Assembly (NCBI GenBank): GCA_977030845.1 | Contig: OZ365111.1 | Coordinates: 39,494,001 to 39,558,000 of the forward strand | DNA length: 64,000 nucleotides | DNA from: Fimbriosthenelais zetlandica | Lineage: Eukaryota | Direction of reading: 5' to 3' | In this document: piece after piece, positions 36,442-49,815 of the stretch | Numbering within the stretch: the first letter of the stretch is position 1 | Layout of the letters: each line of letters starts with the position of its first letter | Program-made: the position numbers and the translations under genes | The notes under the pieces: generated by a model | Seen by the model: the letters and a program-made list of their open reading frames with translations, nothing else | Database searches by the model: none | What the model was told of the DNA's origin: nothing

Positions 36442-38114
36442 CTGCAAAATACCAAATAAAAAACCATAAATACACAGGTATAATAGGATAGAACGATTAA
36501 AGTATTTATGTTGTAGCCTACTGATGACCGAGAATAAAAAATGAATTGATTTATGATAATTATTGCCTTTGTTAAAGGCAACTCGGCATATACTACTCTT
36601 GTCGTTCAGTGTAATTCGACTCGGATAATTGATAAAACCACAAATCTATTCGTTCCCATCAGAGATCATAATAGACATTGGATAACCTTTCTACTTTATA
36701 ACAATAATCAATATCTAGCTGTATTTTATTGCCTATAGGCTATTAACCACAAAGTAATTTATGATAACAAAATACTATTTATTATTTCTTTTCTGTTATA
36801 ATCCAATTCTTGAGTGACTTGTATTGGCTAATAAATTAAGACCTGTCATATAATCTAAGTCGAGATAAACCAGTAAAAGCTTTCTTAATCTGCCTATGAT
36901 TACTGATCTTATCTCACAAGAGTGTGTTGTTTTTACTCTGAACATCTCGCGTCCACTTTTTAATATTCATTTCAAACGTCTATCAAATGGAGAATAATCT
37001 CGGTTTCCCTCTACTTGATATGCACAAACCAGCGCTCAAGTTTAGAGAGGATTCTTGAGCAGGTTATAAATTCACATGGTCCTGCCCTCTAAAATGTCAA
37101 CTATCAGAAACCCATGTATGTATACACGTATTACATGGCTCTATATACTAGATAGCAAAATGTATATGTGTGTATAAGTGTATAAAGTTTATATATAGAC
37201 AGAGTTTGGCAATCTCTTAGTATCAGTCCTTGATAACAAAATATAGAGGCTGCAGCCTTAACTATTAAGTAGTGTGGCAAATGATGGGGATGCTGATAAG
37301 GAGACCATCCCTTGCCATGAAGAAAATATATGCATTTTTAAATGAAATTCAATTTTAATGATTTTATACTTATAAATAATGGCATACTATGATAGTGAAA
37401 ATGTCAGAATTAATCGTTATTTCAGAAGTATTGTGCTTGATTTGCGACAAGTTAATGGTATAGATTTTTCAATGTTCTATATCGAACAAAGTCCACTTGG
37501 CGACTATATTTTGATTTATGAACATTGAATAAATTTGATTTTAAAATAGATTTTGATAGTAAAACTGGCCAATAGTTCTTATATGAAGGATATAAACTTG
37601 AACCGTGTACACATTTATTTCTCAATTTTTGTCAAAAACATTTTCTTAATCCCTTCCATTTGGGAAGGACATTGGAACATTTTCAACATTTATTTCTCAA
37701 TAAGCTAGTCAAGAAAACGGGTACGGACTTTGAAGTGTATCTCCCCACGATATATACATATTATATTTTGAATTTAGAAATGAATTTCTCTGGGCAGAAT
37801 CAGCTATAATTGGCTTGAATACAAGATTCAACAGGTCTATAGACTATGGTGGATTAGTGACACTGACACCTCCATACTGTCTGTATGGTAATTATGTCAT
37901 CCAAATCCTAAAGGCTTATCCCTTTATGTTGATTATAACTATCCCCGATAAATCTAATCTATATAAGCAAATCAAGGACCAGATTCACAGTCTCCCACCA
38001 CTTGATACATGCATGTTTAATTGCATTATACTTATGTTGACCTATGTTTACATATATTATCAATGTTTTACTAAAATGATAAATAATATAGAATAGCAAA
38101 TGCATTATACATAC
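36442..38114 (-). other. Nkx2-2 intron (1673 bp, GT-AG, phase 1)
   Basis: GTATGT donor and TTTTGCAG acceptor; AT-rich; splicing restores one continuous reading frame. Confidence 0.92.
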
Positions 38115-38337
38115 CATACTGCATAGTTTCGTTGTGTTGGAGCCACCTCGTATAGGGATTATCAGAATCGTAGTAGCCATTCTGTTGGTGTCCAGTGACA
38201 TCGGCCACTGATCCAAGACTGAGGTTGGGCGAGCCATTGGTGGACACTGGGCTACATCCCACCTTCGTCTCGGGCAGATCCAGCAGGTCCTTGACACTGA
38301 AACTGCTTGTCTTGTTCATTGTCAATTGCGTATCCAT
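38115..38337 (-). CDS. Nkx2-2: NK2.2 homeobox transcription factor, coding exon 1 (74 codons + 1 nt)
   Basis: ATG at 38337-38335. Translates MDTQLTMNKTSSFSVKDLLDLPETK...GYYDSDNPYTRWLQHNETMQY, with a TN/eh1 motif (FSVKDLLDL) and the Nkx2.2-typical YDSDNPYTRWL motif. Ends at a consensus donor G|GTATGT (38114-38109), phase 1. Confidence 0.95.
38272..38307 (-). other. TN (tinman)/eh1 Groucho-interaction motif
   Basis: SSFSVKDLLDLP at residues 11-22 matches the FxIxxIL-type eh1/TN motif of NK2 proteins. Confidence 0.9.
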
Positions 38338-38699
38338 CTAGAAGTGTGACAAAATCAGACAGCACTGATATCAAACACTTATCAAGGCAAGTTCAGAGTG
38401 GAGTCAATTCTTCATGAAAATCAAACACTCCCCCCAGGCTGCATATATACATATAATAATGTATATAAACACTTACTGAAAGTTTTTTGCTCCAGGGCTT
38501 TTTTAAAAAATAAATTTAAAAAAGTCCTTTGAAAAATAACTTTTCTTGATGGTATCTGGGGAGTGTATATGGTTGTACCTCTGTGAGATTGTAGTGTAAT
38601 GTTGAAGTAATTGAGTTAGTTGAATGCACGTGAGGATTGCCTCAGTGTTGGTGTCCTATGCTTTACACCTCCTCTCTCGCTCTCCTCCTCCTGGGGCCA

Positions 38700-39030
38700 T
38701 CCAAAGACCCTCAATCCACCTTCTCCACAGCTCCTTATATCACAAGCACAACCTCTCTCACGACTCACGACAAAACTCTCTCTTTGCTCAGCGCTTATCG
38801 AATATCAAAAAGTCACTGAGCCCCTGCCGTATAAACGTGGGACGGGGCGGATAATGGACGGCCATTCAGCCTATGGGACCCAGGTGGGAGGGGCTAACGG
38901 AACCTCTGAGCTGTATTATTCACGGAGAGATGGATTTGAGATGGGATAGTATTGCTATTGGCGGAGGCGTGGCTGGGAGAACGCCCATGGCCCGGTGGGA
39001 GGGTGTGTCTGTCACGGCCGCCTGCAGGTG
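38700..39030 (-). promoter_or_regulatory. Candidate Nkx2-2 core/proximal promoter
   Basis: GC/CpG-richer island 400-700 bp upstream of the ATG. GC box GGGGCGG at 38844-38850, CCAAT (minus) at 38957-38961, Inr-like TCAGT (minus) at 38819-38815, TATA-like TATAAG (minus) at 38739-38734. The TSS cannot be fixed from sequence alone. Confidence 0.6.
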
Positions 39031-42000
39031 AAAATTATTGTTGGGGAATAATTTTATTTTAGAAATATATTCCCCAATATACTATGTACAGTCAAAATAC
39101 TGGTTAAGCTTATGGAACGCCACATGGGCAGCTTTAACAAAATGATACCATTCATGCCTTTTATTTTTCATAAAATCATTTTGACTGGGCTATGACAGTG
39201 AGGGGAAAAAATTTGATTCGCTCTTTCCAGCTTATAAGTGTTTTAACTATACCCCAGACATAAGTAGGACTTCCTTTGAAAGTCTTTTTAACCAAAAAAC
39301 TTAAAAAAAGAGCTCTTGTTTTAATTAGATAGCGGCAAACTGTTAGCTTAATGCTTTGTTGAACTTAAGGCTAAGGGAGGTGCAGCTTGCGTCCATGTGC
39401 TGCCGCCATCCGGCGATCGCCAGAAGTAAACAGAGGAAGTCCTTGCCCCATTATTGGCGGGCCTCATTGAGTACTCTCAGTCTGCAGAATGTCCACTCTT
39501 ATGAGGGAAATATAAATATGTATACAGACTGTTGGATGCCCGTGTTTAATAGTATAATAACCTGAGTGTTGTCCCTCGGGGTGCCCGGCGTATGGTACAG
39601 AGGGAAATTCACCCTTTGATTAGTTGATATCTGACCACTAGTACTTACTTACAAATAGCATCACCTGGCGCCCCTTATTGACATAATTAGCCTTTGTGCC
39701 CTCATTGTACTTTTATTCGAACGTTTGTTTGAAATCCTTTGCTTTAGTAATAAGTGGAATCATTATTTGGAAACGATATGGCCGTTTACATCAAAGCTTC
39801 TAACTGATCTTTTGTCCAAATGGTGAAAAACTGAACACACGCACACAAATCTTTGCAAAGGAGTTTAAATTGGATCTTTGAAATGGAAAAGACCATTCAT
39901 GAATATGTAGTGAAAAATACTGGCATGTCTTTGCTCTGTTATATTATAAAAGTCGAATCTATAATAGATGCATAAATCTCTGAGAGAGACCTCAGACCAT
40001 TGGATCATTCAATGCATGAAATAAAATATTTAACCAGATAGAAAAAACATGATCGACATTTCCAACATACCATATAATTATGGAACAATTTGCGTTGTGA
40101 TAGTGACACCAATGCATCCTATAGACCAGTCTTGATTATATTAATTAATTGTCGATTGTGATTAACAAATCTTTTTCGACGATATGAATGGAGCCTGACT
40201 TGATAATCTCCTAATTTAACTGGGACCCTATACCCTGAAAGGGATTTTAAACGAAAACTGTATCCTCGATGCGTTAAATCAGGTATATAAATGAGCTTTA
40301 ATATTAAGCCTCGACGGGAGGTGTGAACCGATGGGAAACTCAATTGACATTTGACCCTTTAGAATTGTCTAAGAAAGAGTCATTCGCTTGGCGAAGGTCT
40401 GCCAAGGAAAAAGCTCTGGGAGTCAAGATAAATTCATTTAAGTTGCATTGAGTGGCCACAATGTCTCCCATGCGCGTCCAAGGCAAAGCAATTAAACCCT
40501 AAATAAGCCATCAAATTCACGGGGCAATTGAGAAAGCATCGCCTCCCAGTCAAATGAAATCAGAGTTTGTGTGTATCTGTGATTGGGATTGTGTGGTGGA
40601 GCGTAATAAGTATTGGCTTACAATGGCTTTACTGGGTGAAATAGCGCCCCACTGTTTGACACTCACCATCATTCTCCCCATTCACCGACTACAATCAACC
40701 ACACAATGCCCACATCCCAATTTGTTTTTGATTTCCATCAAATACGGCTGAGACCTGGCAGGTTTTAAATGAAATCTTACGAGTGAAGGAGGGATATTTG
40801 ATATGTTATGATTTTACGGTCCACCCCAAGACAAGCAAAGGTTAGGCTTTTAATTTAAAGCTTTGGATTTGCTCTGGTGTGTGAGAGGGTGGGGTTTGTA
40901 AATGAAACCTGGCTATGTTGGGGTAGTGATGAGGTAACGGGGTTAAAGACACACAGAGCAAGGTATGGTACAACTTGACAGGTTTTCTAATTATTGTGAT
41001 CCTTAAAGCTAACACCTCTGAGGCACAAATCCCAGGTAAAGAGTAACACTATACGGCTTGGATCCGACAGTGGCTGGCTCTTAAGTAACCAAACACATTC
41101 TTAGCCCATGCTTTTCCCAAAGCAATCGCCATTTCATTTGTTTGTACTCGATCAGCGCAAACCCAAACCCCAAACCCAAACTTCCCATTTATTTTGTTAA
41201 GCAAAAACTATACCCAGCTGATGTTTTTAATCGCTTTAATACCCCTTGCTAAACGCTTGACTCACATTGTTTGGTAAAGTTTCGTTAGCAAGCCCATTAA
41301 AGTCTGGGACGTGATTTGTACAATGGTAGTGGACCTTAAAAAGTGTGCATAGAAAGTATACTGAGGAGAGGCCAAATACAGAGACAAATACACTTGATTC
41401 TGGCACTTGCCAAAGACTGGGCCCTCCAGTATGTGTTTCCAGCCGGTCCTATCCCACTCCTTCAGGCCCAATAGATCTACTACTGCATTACAGTTAGAGA
41501 CCACACTCTTGTTATTCTCTAAGGGGGCGGTGACACTCTCTGGTGGAAGTATCCTTGTATACAGGCCCCTTGATCTAGATCAAGTGATCTACAAGTTGTT
41601 AAGATTATGGTCGTTGAGACCACTCTTTAGCGCTAGTTCGAGATGATAGTCTATTAACTATGTGTAGGAAGAACCATTGACAAATCCATTAAATCGATAG
41701 CAATATTCACAATGAATTGAATATTGATTGTCCACTCACCTCTAGGTCCTCTGCGTTGAGACTCTGAAGCACCTGAGATACAGGCAACATTCTCTCATCC
41801 AAGATATTCATTCTGATTGATCAATCAATATATAAGAACAATCACTCAATGGCAGCTGGGGTCAATCAATACTGTTATGGAAAAACTTGCACTCCTGCCA
41901 GTAATACTCAGAAGGCAGTATCCATGCACGTCCTCTTTGCTTTGTGTCTTTTTGAAGAAAAATCACAGACGCACCTGATTTTTCAGAACATAATGTTCAG

Positions 42001-45000
42001 ACCAACGCATGTGGCAAATGAGTGCCCACACAGGTGTTAAGGTATCAATGATGTAGAGTCCCCTAAAAAGCCAATGTGTGCTCTCTTCCACCCGTGCACC
42101 GCTATATAGGTGAGGCCATGCTGCAATATATCTAACTCCCACTGACAGGTCAGATAAGTCAGGGGCCTCGACCAATAAATTTTGATATCAGGGAGTGGGG
42201 AGAGGTTATGATAGTGGCCGGGGGACTCATGCAGCCATGGGTTGCCTGACCAGTGCACAGGCCTTTTGATTCTTCCTCCTCCTCTCCCTCTTTCACTCGG
42301 TCCAGCACGGAGACTGTCTGTCCCCATCCATTCCCAAATCAGCTGGAATTCGCGCCTCCTGACGCCCCAGTGTCTCACGATTGGCCGCGAAAAGCCAGAT
42401 ACCCATAAAAGATCAATCAAAAGAATGTGGGTTTGTAACCGCGCCTGACGCCGCTGTTCCGAGCTGGGTGTTTGTTGTCTTTTGCTCATATCTTTTATGA
42501 AAGATATCATTTGGTATTACACATGTCTCACTTTTTCTGTCGAACTGACTACAGATTTTAGTTTAAGAAGAGATAAAGAATATGTCTTGTCTCCATTGAG
42601 ATTATTAAGTCTACAGATAATGCAATATCTGGTAAGAAATACCAAGGGGCACTATTTTGCATTTATATAATGTAAGTCAACTCCCGGAAGGAATTATTTT
42701 TTTTTCCATATTCTATCAAAATCAGAATTTAGAGTTATGCACCAATTTACCATGAGATGAAGATTTGACAACTTCAAGAGGCAAAAAAACATGGTATGAG
42801 TCAGTTTTTTCTTTACACTGTGTTTGATTCTATTTTAGTTTATCTATTTTAGTTATAGAGGCCTATATCACGTATGGAAAATATTAAAAATTGGTCACAT
42901 AATGAACAGAGGGGTATAATATTTCACGATCTCTGGCAATGTTTTCATACTGAAAGATCAATAAGGACGTGTGCCTGACTTCAATCTCCCACCCCCGGCT
43001 CCCACCCACCACCCACAAATACTAACTCATATCGTTGCTAGACAACCTTCAAGTACTTCGTCCCTTCATCATCAGCGCTCGACGACCTCAATACACGATA
43101 GCGATCAAAAGATACCAATAATTCCGCCAGGGAAAATAATGTTATATTATTTTCACAATGACCTAAAACTTAGAGCATTTTCGCTAATATAACTGGCGTA
43201 GGATTTACACCAGAGCCTATAAGAAAATCATACAATTCCGGGGTTACCTTTGGGACTTGTAAATTAGTCATCGTTCCTTATCAGGATGGAGGATTAATTG
43301 TTTTCCTTGTCAGAAATACCATTTTTCTTGCATAGTGGAAACTGTCTTAGACTGAGAACGAATAGATAGATGAATGGAGAATCTTAATTATGTAACATGG
43401 AAAAAAATTAGTTTGATTATTTTGATTCTTATGTCGAAGTAATCTACTAAATCATACCTGTATACTTGATACTTCAATGTTGGATAATTATATATGCCTA
43501 TACTATAGTCTATAGAGAGAGCAACTACCAGCTGTCCAAGTTTTAAATGATGATTATCAGTTAAAGGCGAATCAAATAGATCCTGCCTCCAACTTATGGC
43601 AGTGTTTACCATTGTGGCTAACATCCCAATTTTATGTTGGCCATATTTCAAAAATTGTTTGACGAGCACGTACGGAACAAATATCCAAGCCCGATGCCGA
43701 GATACCAAATCTGTCAAACAGTCATAAATAAATCTTGGACCAATAGAAACCCCTGCCCCTTGTTCTCGGGAGATTGTTTTAGGGCACTCCCACTAAATGC
43801 AAGTTTACAGCTGAATTTTTTTCGCAAATGATTTTAATAGACTATATAATTCAATAGACTTTATTCATAGAAAAAATAGAATGATGAAATCAATATACAT
43901 GTACTCTATACAGTAAACTCCCATGTACTTAGCTGACATTTTTTCAGGCTGCTTTAAATCTGAAACAACGGTATATACAACGTGAAAGTTTAGATATATT
44001 ATTAGGCTACACTTGCACAAAACCAGTTTGACGGGCTAATTTGAGTATAGTTTTTAGCTCCCTTCATGAAGAAGTCAGATGACATTTTTCATTAACACTT
44101 GATTAAAATACATTTTCCCTTAGCAATCAGTGAACAATATTGAACTGGTAAACAATTATAGATGAAGGCTTTGATTACTAAAGTGTCATCACTTGTAATT
44201 TAAGCCTAAAATCACAGATGGCATTGCCCTCACTTCATCATGCTATGTATTTGTAACAGGCATCAATTGAAAATGACAGATCCTTCTTCCACCTGTATTG
44301 TATAGATTTTACACGCTATGAATCTACCCAGAGGGGCACTCAGGTCCTAAAAGGCATAACAATCACTAATACAATCAGAAATCCTTGAAATGTCTGCCAA
44401 TGTATGACAATATACTGTATAGGCAGTTGCGTGCTTTGCTCGACACCGCTTGTTCCCCTTTACCAAAGGAAGGACGTTTTATGAAAAGGACACACTCTCA
44501 GGCACGCCAAAGAAACTCCTACTGGGTGAGGCAGCAAAAGCAAAAATGTAATTACAACAAGGTAACAATCATTATTGATAGGCTTGTAACATGACATGAG
44601 AGTACTCTCACTTGGACCTGAATACAATGCTACCAGGCAGGCTGATTCACGCATGCATGGTATGAACACTTTTTCATGGGGATATTATTCCACAATGCCC
44701 ATCTTTTCTGTCATCGTGATACATGGAAGAAAAGGCCATTGCTAAGCGGAGTGTAATTCAGGGACACTCAGCTATTGTGAGGGAAACTACCGCACAGGTA
44801 TTTATTCAATTAATATGATATGGACACAAAATACCCTTTTCAATACTGGGCCAGTGCACTTATACATAAGCTGGCCGATCGAACCACAGGCAATTTTCAG
44901 CATTTTGTCGCCTATTTGTTCACCACTTCAAGCATAATACACCCCCTCACCAGCTTAGCCCTGATGCAATTTAGCCTTGTCATGGTTGGGAAGCAGAATG

Positions 45001-48000
45001 TCGGCTGGGTTTTGTGACCATGCGAGCGACTGTAAATAAAGCAAATTAACAGCCGTGGTGCCAGACAAGACGAGCCCCTCATGGTAGGAATAGAGCGAGT
45101 AATGCATTTCGTGATCGCTTATAGAACTTCATTATCTTCTGGAGGGCTTTTGCTGTAAATTCAGAGCAGGGGGGTGAAACAAGAGGCAGTCGCGGCAATA
45201 TGGCTGACAAGCGATTGGCAAACTCCCATCACTGCTGGTTCGGGTTCGCCCAAGCACTTCCACTTCGCAGCAAACTTGTAGCTGGCGTCCCTCAGGGAGG
45301 TGTTGTGGGGGGTCTCTTATTACCCCAGATCCCTTACAGCTTAAAACATCGCAGGCCATTAACACCAAGTGAACCTTGTTGGTTTTTAAAAAATCATTGA
45401 GTGTGAAGGGAAATCAAGCTTAAAGTTAATGGTGTAATGATCTTGGGGAGTAAGCAGGCCTTCCATTCAGGTGAACTATGCCACTCGGTGGTACCTGTGA
45501 TTTGCTCAGTGTTTGGCATTGGCTTTGGCTATTGATTGCGGTGTCGTGTGATCCGATCTGTTAGGTAGGAGGAGTCAACCTTCACCATATGGCGTGTAAA
45601 ACTAGCTCCTGCCCCGGGAAAACTGGTTAAATAACAGACAGATTGTCTATGACACATTACGATCGATTGTTCCTCTAATTTGTTGTTCACCGATAAGCCA
45701 GCTTTGAATTACACGTGCAGTTCATGTCTGGTCGAGGCAGAATCTGCTATGCCTTTATAATTGTGAATGTGTCCCGAACAGAGATCTATAACTAAATGCA
45801 TTTTTCAACTTATTGAAATGATAGGCTTATTATTCAATCGTGGCCTAAAGAAAGTTTAATTCTGAAATTGTATTATTTATTTTATTATTTTATTAAATTG
45901 TTTTATTTAATTCTCTCATATTGCATGATCATATGTAAAGAATGGATAAATATCATCCTGAAGATAAGGTAACGCTACATGCAATCTGAACGCCAATCAA
46001 AGGGAAAGACATCCTTGTTATATATAACAATTCAATGATATACACTTACATCTGACCCATCCTGTATAGGGGTTTATCCATTATCAAAGACCCAAGGATT
46101 AACCCTTGGATTTATCCCTCGAATTAACCAGGTCCTACGTCCTTACATGAAAGCCCTTAATCCTGATAATACATCATAGATCTATGCCCTTTGAAGCTAT
46201 GGCGATTTCTGACTGATTTCATTAAACCCGTCACCCACCTATCAAGGTATCGTTACCTGAAGCTAGATAACAGGTATCATATCAATCTTTCCACACCTCG
46301 GACCCTCTTGTTCTGACGTTGATTCCACTCTGAAAGCAAGTGCTTGGTAAATGTATCTCACACTTAAAATCCCCACGTCCCTACACACTCACATGCAACC
46401 TGCTAAACAACCAACAAGGAGTTAGATTTTCTATTATATAAAATAAATCGAAGGCCTCCTATATAAAGTGCACAGGTGTGTGCCGTTATTCCATGTTTAT
46501 CAACTGCCATTAAATTTTACCAACCAAATCCCGGAACTTTTCTGACTCGTTACAAGTACCATCATTATAACAGCATGTCTCTAACTCTTTTGAAGCTGAT
46601 ACCTATTATCTCCTAAACCATTTTTATCACCAAAACCATCGAGTTCACCTGAAGAGGAACAAATCACTCTGGGGTCTAAATTTTTTTTACGTTGCATGGA
46701 TGGCTGACATTCACAAGTATTTTATTGTTTCGGACAGGTTTCTAATGTTTTTTGTGGTCTTGAATTGAATGATGATGGTTTGGAGTTGAGGTTTTGTCGG
46801 GGTGGGATGGAGGGTACTCGTTCAGGTAACGTGGTGCCTCTATCTATTGTATTTGTTCTGCCGCGGAACCGCGGGGGCCACGCCCTCCTGTACCATGAAT
46901 CAATCCCTCACCTGGCCCCCCACATCTGGACACTCCACGTACGGCCATGAAGGTGTCACCCCCTTCGCCAGATCAAAGCTGGCCATGCTGAGCTTTTGTC
47001 AGTTTTCAAAAAGATGGGTTCAAGAGCTTTATGGTAATCAACGATCGCTGAAAAAGTTCCATGATAAAGGTAGAAGTAGTCGTGAAATGCGTTTCATGGT
47101 TCGAGATCTTTTTCTTTTTTTAAAATCAGTTCCATCGGTTTATCATACTTGGTAGCAGTACGCATCTCTCCCTTATTTTTAGGGACATGCCTGATTACAA
47201 TTAATTACAATTGTGGAAATCCATTGGAAATGTGCAAAAAAATGTATTTTTTTTTCTGAATAATTTATGTGTGTAGGATGGTGGCTTTTATTGCATGTTT
47301 CCATATCAGAAACAAATGGTGAGGCATACAAATAACGCCTTTATGGCGTTGGTCATGCCAATATCATGCTTTATGTTGAAGTTTTTATCTAGACAATAGA
47401 TCCAGTGTAGCGTATCAGTTGCTAATAATGAAAGTTGCATAACAAACCATAAAAAGTAATCAGTTATCAAGAACTGAAGGGCAGAAGGAGGATTGTGTTT
47501 ATGACACGAAACCCATATAATGCTTATCTGCACAAAAAGTTATAAATCTAAACTTTTGCAGCATGTGTATACCATGCATTGACAGATACTTATTTTATTA
47601 CAAAAAAAAAAAATTTATGTCAATTGGTTATTCCTGATACTATGGCATACAAAGGGAACAAGGTACAAGCAGAAATACTATACCCAGGTATTTGTACAAG
47701 TTTTATCAATTCTTAAAACGTGCCAGTTAGGGTGGTTTTGTTTTAGAATAGAAATTTCCCAAATAATCAATGATTCTACACAGAGCTTGAAAATCTAGGG
47801 ACCTTGTCAAAGGCCTCGGGCTCTGTGAAAAAAGGATCGATGCTTCTCGTGTATTCACGGAAATGTTGGCATGAGAGTATATGGGGCTCGAGTCAAACAC
47901 ATTGAAGTGACACCTAACGCATCGTTGGAGTGGCATTTTAAAAGAACTCGCCAACGCCTGTCTCTAATTGCTCCCAGGTATGTATCAAGTGGAGAAAAAG

Positions 48001-49314
48001 GAGGCAAAGTGTCGATGGATCACAGACAATATCTCCATTCGGTCTAAAAGCTGAGCGAGGGCGAGATATCTCTAGAGATACTGTGGATGGAAAACTATTC
48101 AGGGTGCTTTAATTTGGCTCTAAAAGCTTGAGCATAAAACTGAGAGTGATATGAAAGCAGGAGGCGATGTGAGGGGTTGTTGGATTGGAGCTGTGTTTTG
48201 CCCGCTGGCTCTTGTGGCCTTCATCCTATGGGAGTGGTTAATGGTACTTGCAAACTGAGGCCCTCCAGCTATATAAGCCTCGGCAGCCAGGATTTCTGTA
48301 AGAGATCTTCTGCTTTAGCTTTTAGCCAGCCCGCTGTCAATAAACATAAATCAACTTGTCTGTAGAGTGACAATCACTGGACATCTTAGTCTCTGATATA
48401 CCTTTCCCAGAACCGATGATGGTATAGATTTCTTTAATGTATCTTTCATCTTGATACCGTTTGCATTGCGGGAGCATTTAAAGTCCTTTGTGTTTCATTT
48501 TTCTATTTTAATGGGTGGAAATTAGCATCGGCACTGTCACATTGAGTGATGTATCCCGCCGTCATATGTAGCGGGATAGTGGATTTTGAAAGTTTTTTGT
48601 GGTGCTTTATGCTTGCACGGTTTATAATGAATGATTCATGATAAAAGGATCAATCATATTGCACAAATTCATAACAATTATTTGTATATTGATTATCAAA
48701 CATGCATTCAGTTGAAAGTGCCCTGATTGCCCAACACTGACCTGTCTGGGTATACCCCGCTATGTTATGATATGTTAACTTTTCTGGATGAAAACTCTAT
48801 GAAAAGTTACGAAAAGTGTGATTTTCCTGGTTGGTATTGGCTTACCTCTGAAGAAGTATTTCACTCCCTGAACCAGCGAGAGACGGAAGCTGCTCTTTGA
48901 CAATAATTGGTATTCCATTTCAGAAGAAAACAGCAATATTGTTGTAGACCACAACACTTACAGAATTAAAATCCACATACACGCAGTTATAACAATCCAC
49001 ATTCAACATCCTAGTCTGAACTCCCCTGTTGCCAGTTTGTTCTCTGGGCTGACAGGCCAAGTGGTGGACTTTTATAACTACCTTTCTGAAGAGAATACTC
49101 CAAAAACGCTTGATTCTGCCCTACTCGAGCCAACAGGCCCCGAGATGCCTCTTCAGACTGGTACTAAGCAATGCTAAATTGGTGGCACTTTTGTCAAGAC
49201 TAAGTCAGCCCGCCTGGAGAAGGGCTTACCATTGAAAACATGATGACCCTGGAGGAGTTCATACTCTGAGGAGAGACTCCTCCAGGTCGTGGTGATGGCC
49301 CTGATAAATCTGAT

Positions 49315-49360
49315 TCTCTCTCTCCATCTCTCTCTATCTCTCTACTTCTCTCTCCCTCTC
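49315..49360. repeat. Degenerate (CT)n tract
   Basis: Interrupted CT repeats. Confidence 0.8.
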
Positions 49361-49760
49361 ATCCATATAAGTGCCAGCAAAGCTACCCTAAAAAGTAACT
49401 TCTGACAATTAAAATTTTTCCAAACTGTTATCCTCTTATTTTAATGTTTTAAACCAATACTCAAAAAAAGTTTATTAATCGGGCAGGTATTTATGAGAGG
49501 GAGGGATGGTGATTGGAGGGCCTGACACAAGAGCAATTCATCTCTCAGGTCTTCAGGGTGCCCTCAGGAGGTGGAGGGTGGCCACTCCATGGCAATTCTG
49601 ACCTCTTAGATGAATACTTTATAATATAGAGTGAAGCTTGGGTTGTATCATGATAATACCAGGCTTACTGAATATCTATGCACTCTACAAGTATAGATCT
49701 ATAGACATAATAGACATATCTATAGGCCCTTTGCTTTAAATGAATGTTTTAAGTATAGAC

Positions 49761-49815
49761 CAGGGGCCTGTTTCAGAACAACCATGGGGAATTTTTGCGC
49801 TGAAACGGTCCCCTG
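49761..49815 (-). mobile_element. Tiny TIR element with an internal deletion of about 18 bp
   Basis: CAGGGGCCTGTTTCAGAACAACCAT|GGGGAATTTTTGCGCTGAAACGGTCCCCTG equals the reverse complement of the 63462 copy lacking the central TCGCAATGCTAAGTCTAT. Confidence 0.75.

Noticed and set aside
36442-36475. N-terminal [11 protein letters not shown] of the 334-aa ORF
   Set aside because: This is the intron's T-rich acceptor tract read through in frame; the real N-terminus comes from exon 1.
38071-38114. C-terminal extension of the 88-aa ORF (MYNAFAILYYLSF)
   Set aside because: Lies past the GTATGT donor, so it is intronic.
41260-41640. RT-like pieces on the minus strand (AVVDL, FGLSS)
   Set aside because: Motif spacing is inconsistent and no YxDD is present.
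42037-42510. 157-aa minus-strand ORF
   Set aside because: No recognisable domain or splice context; explained by a GC-rich, probably regulatory, block.
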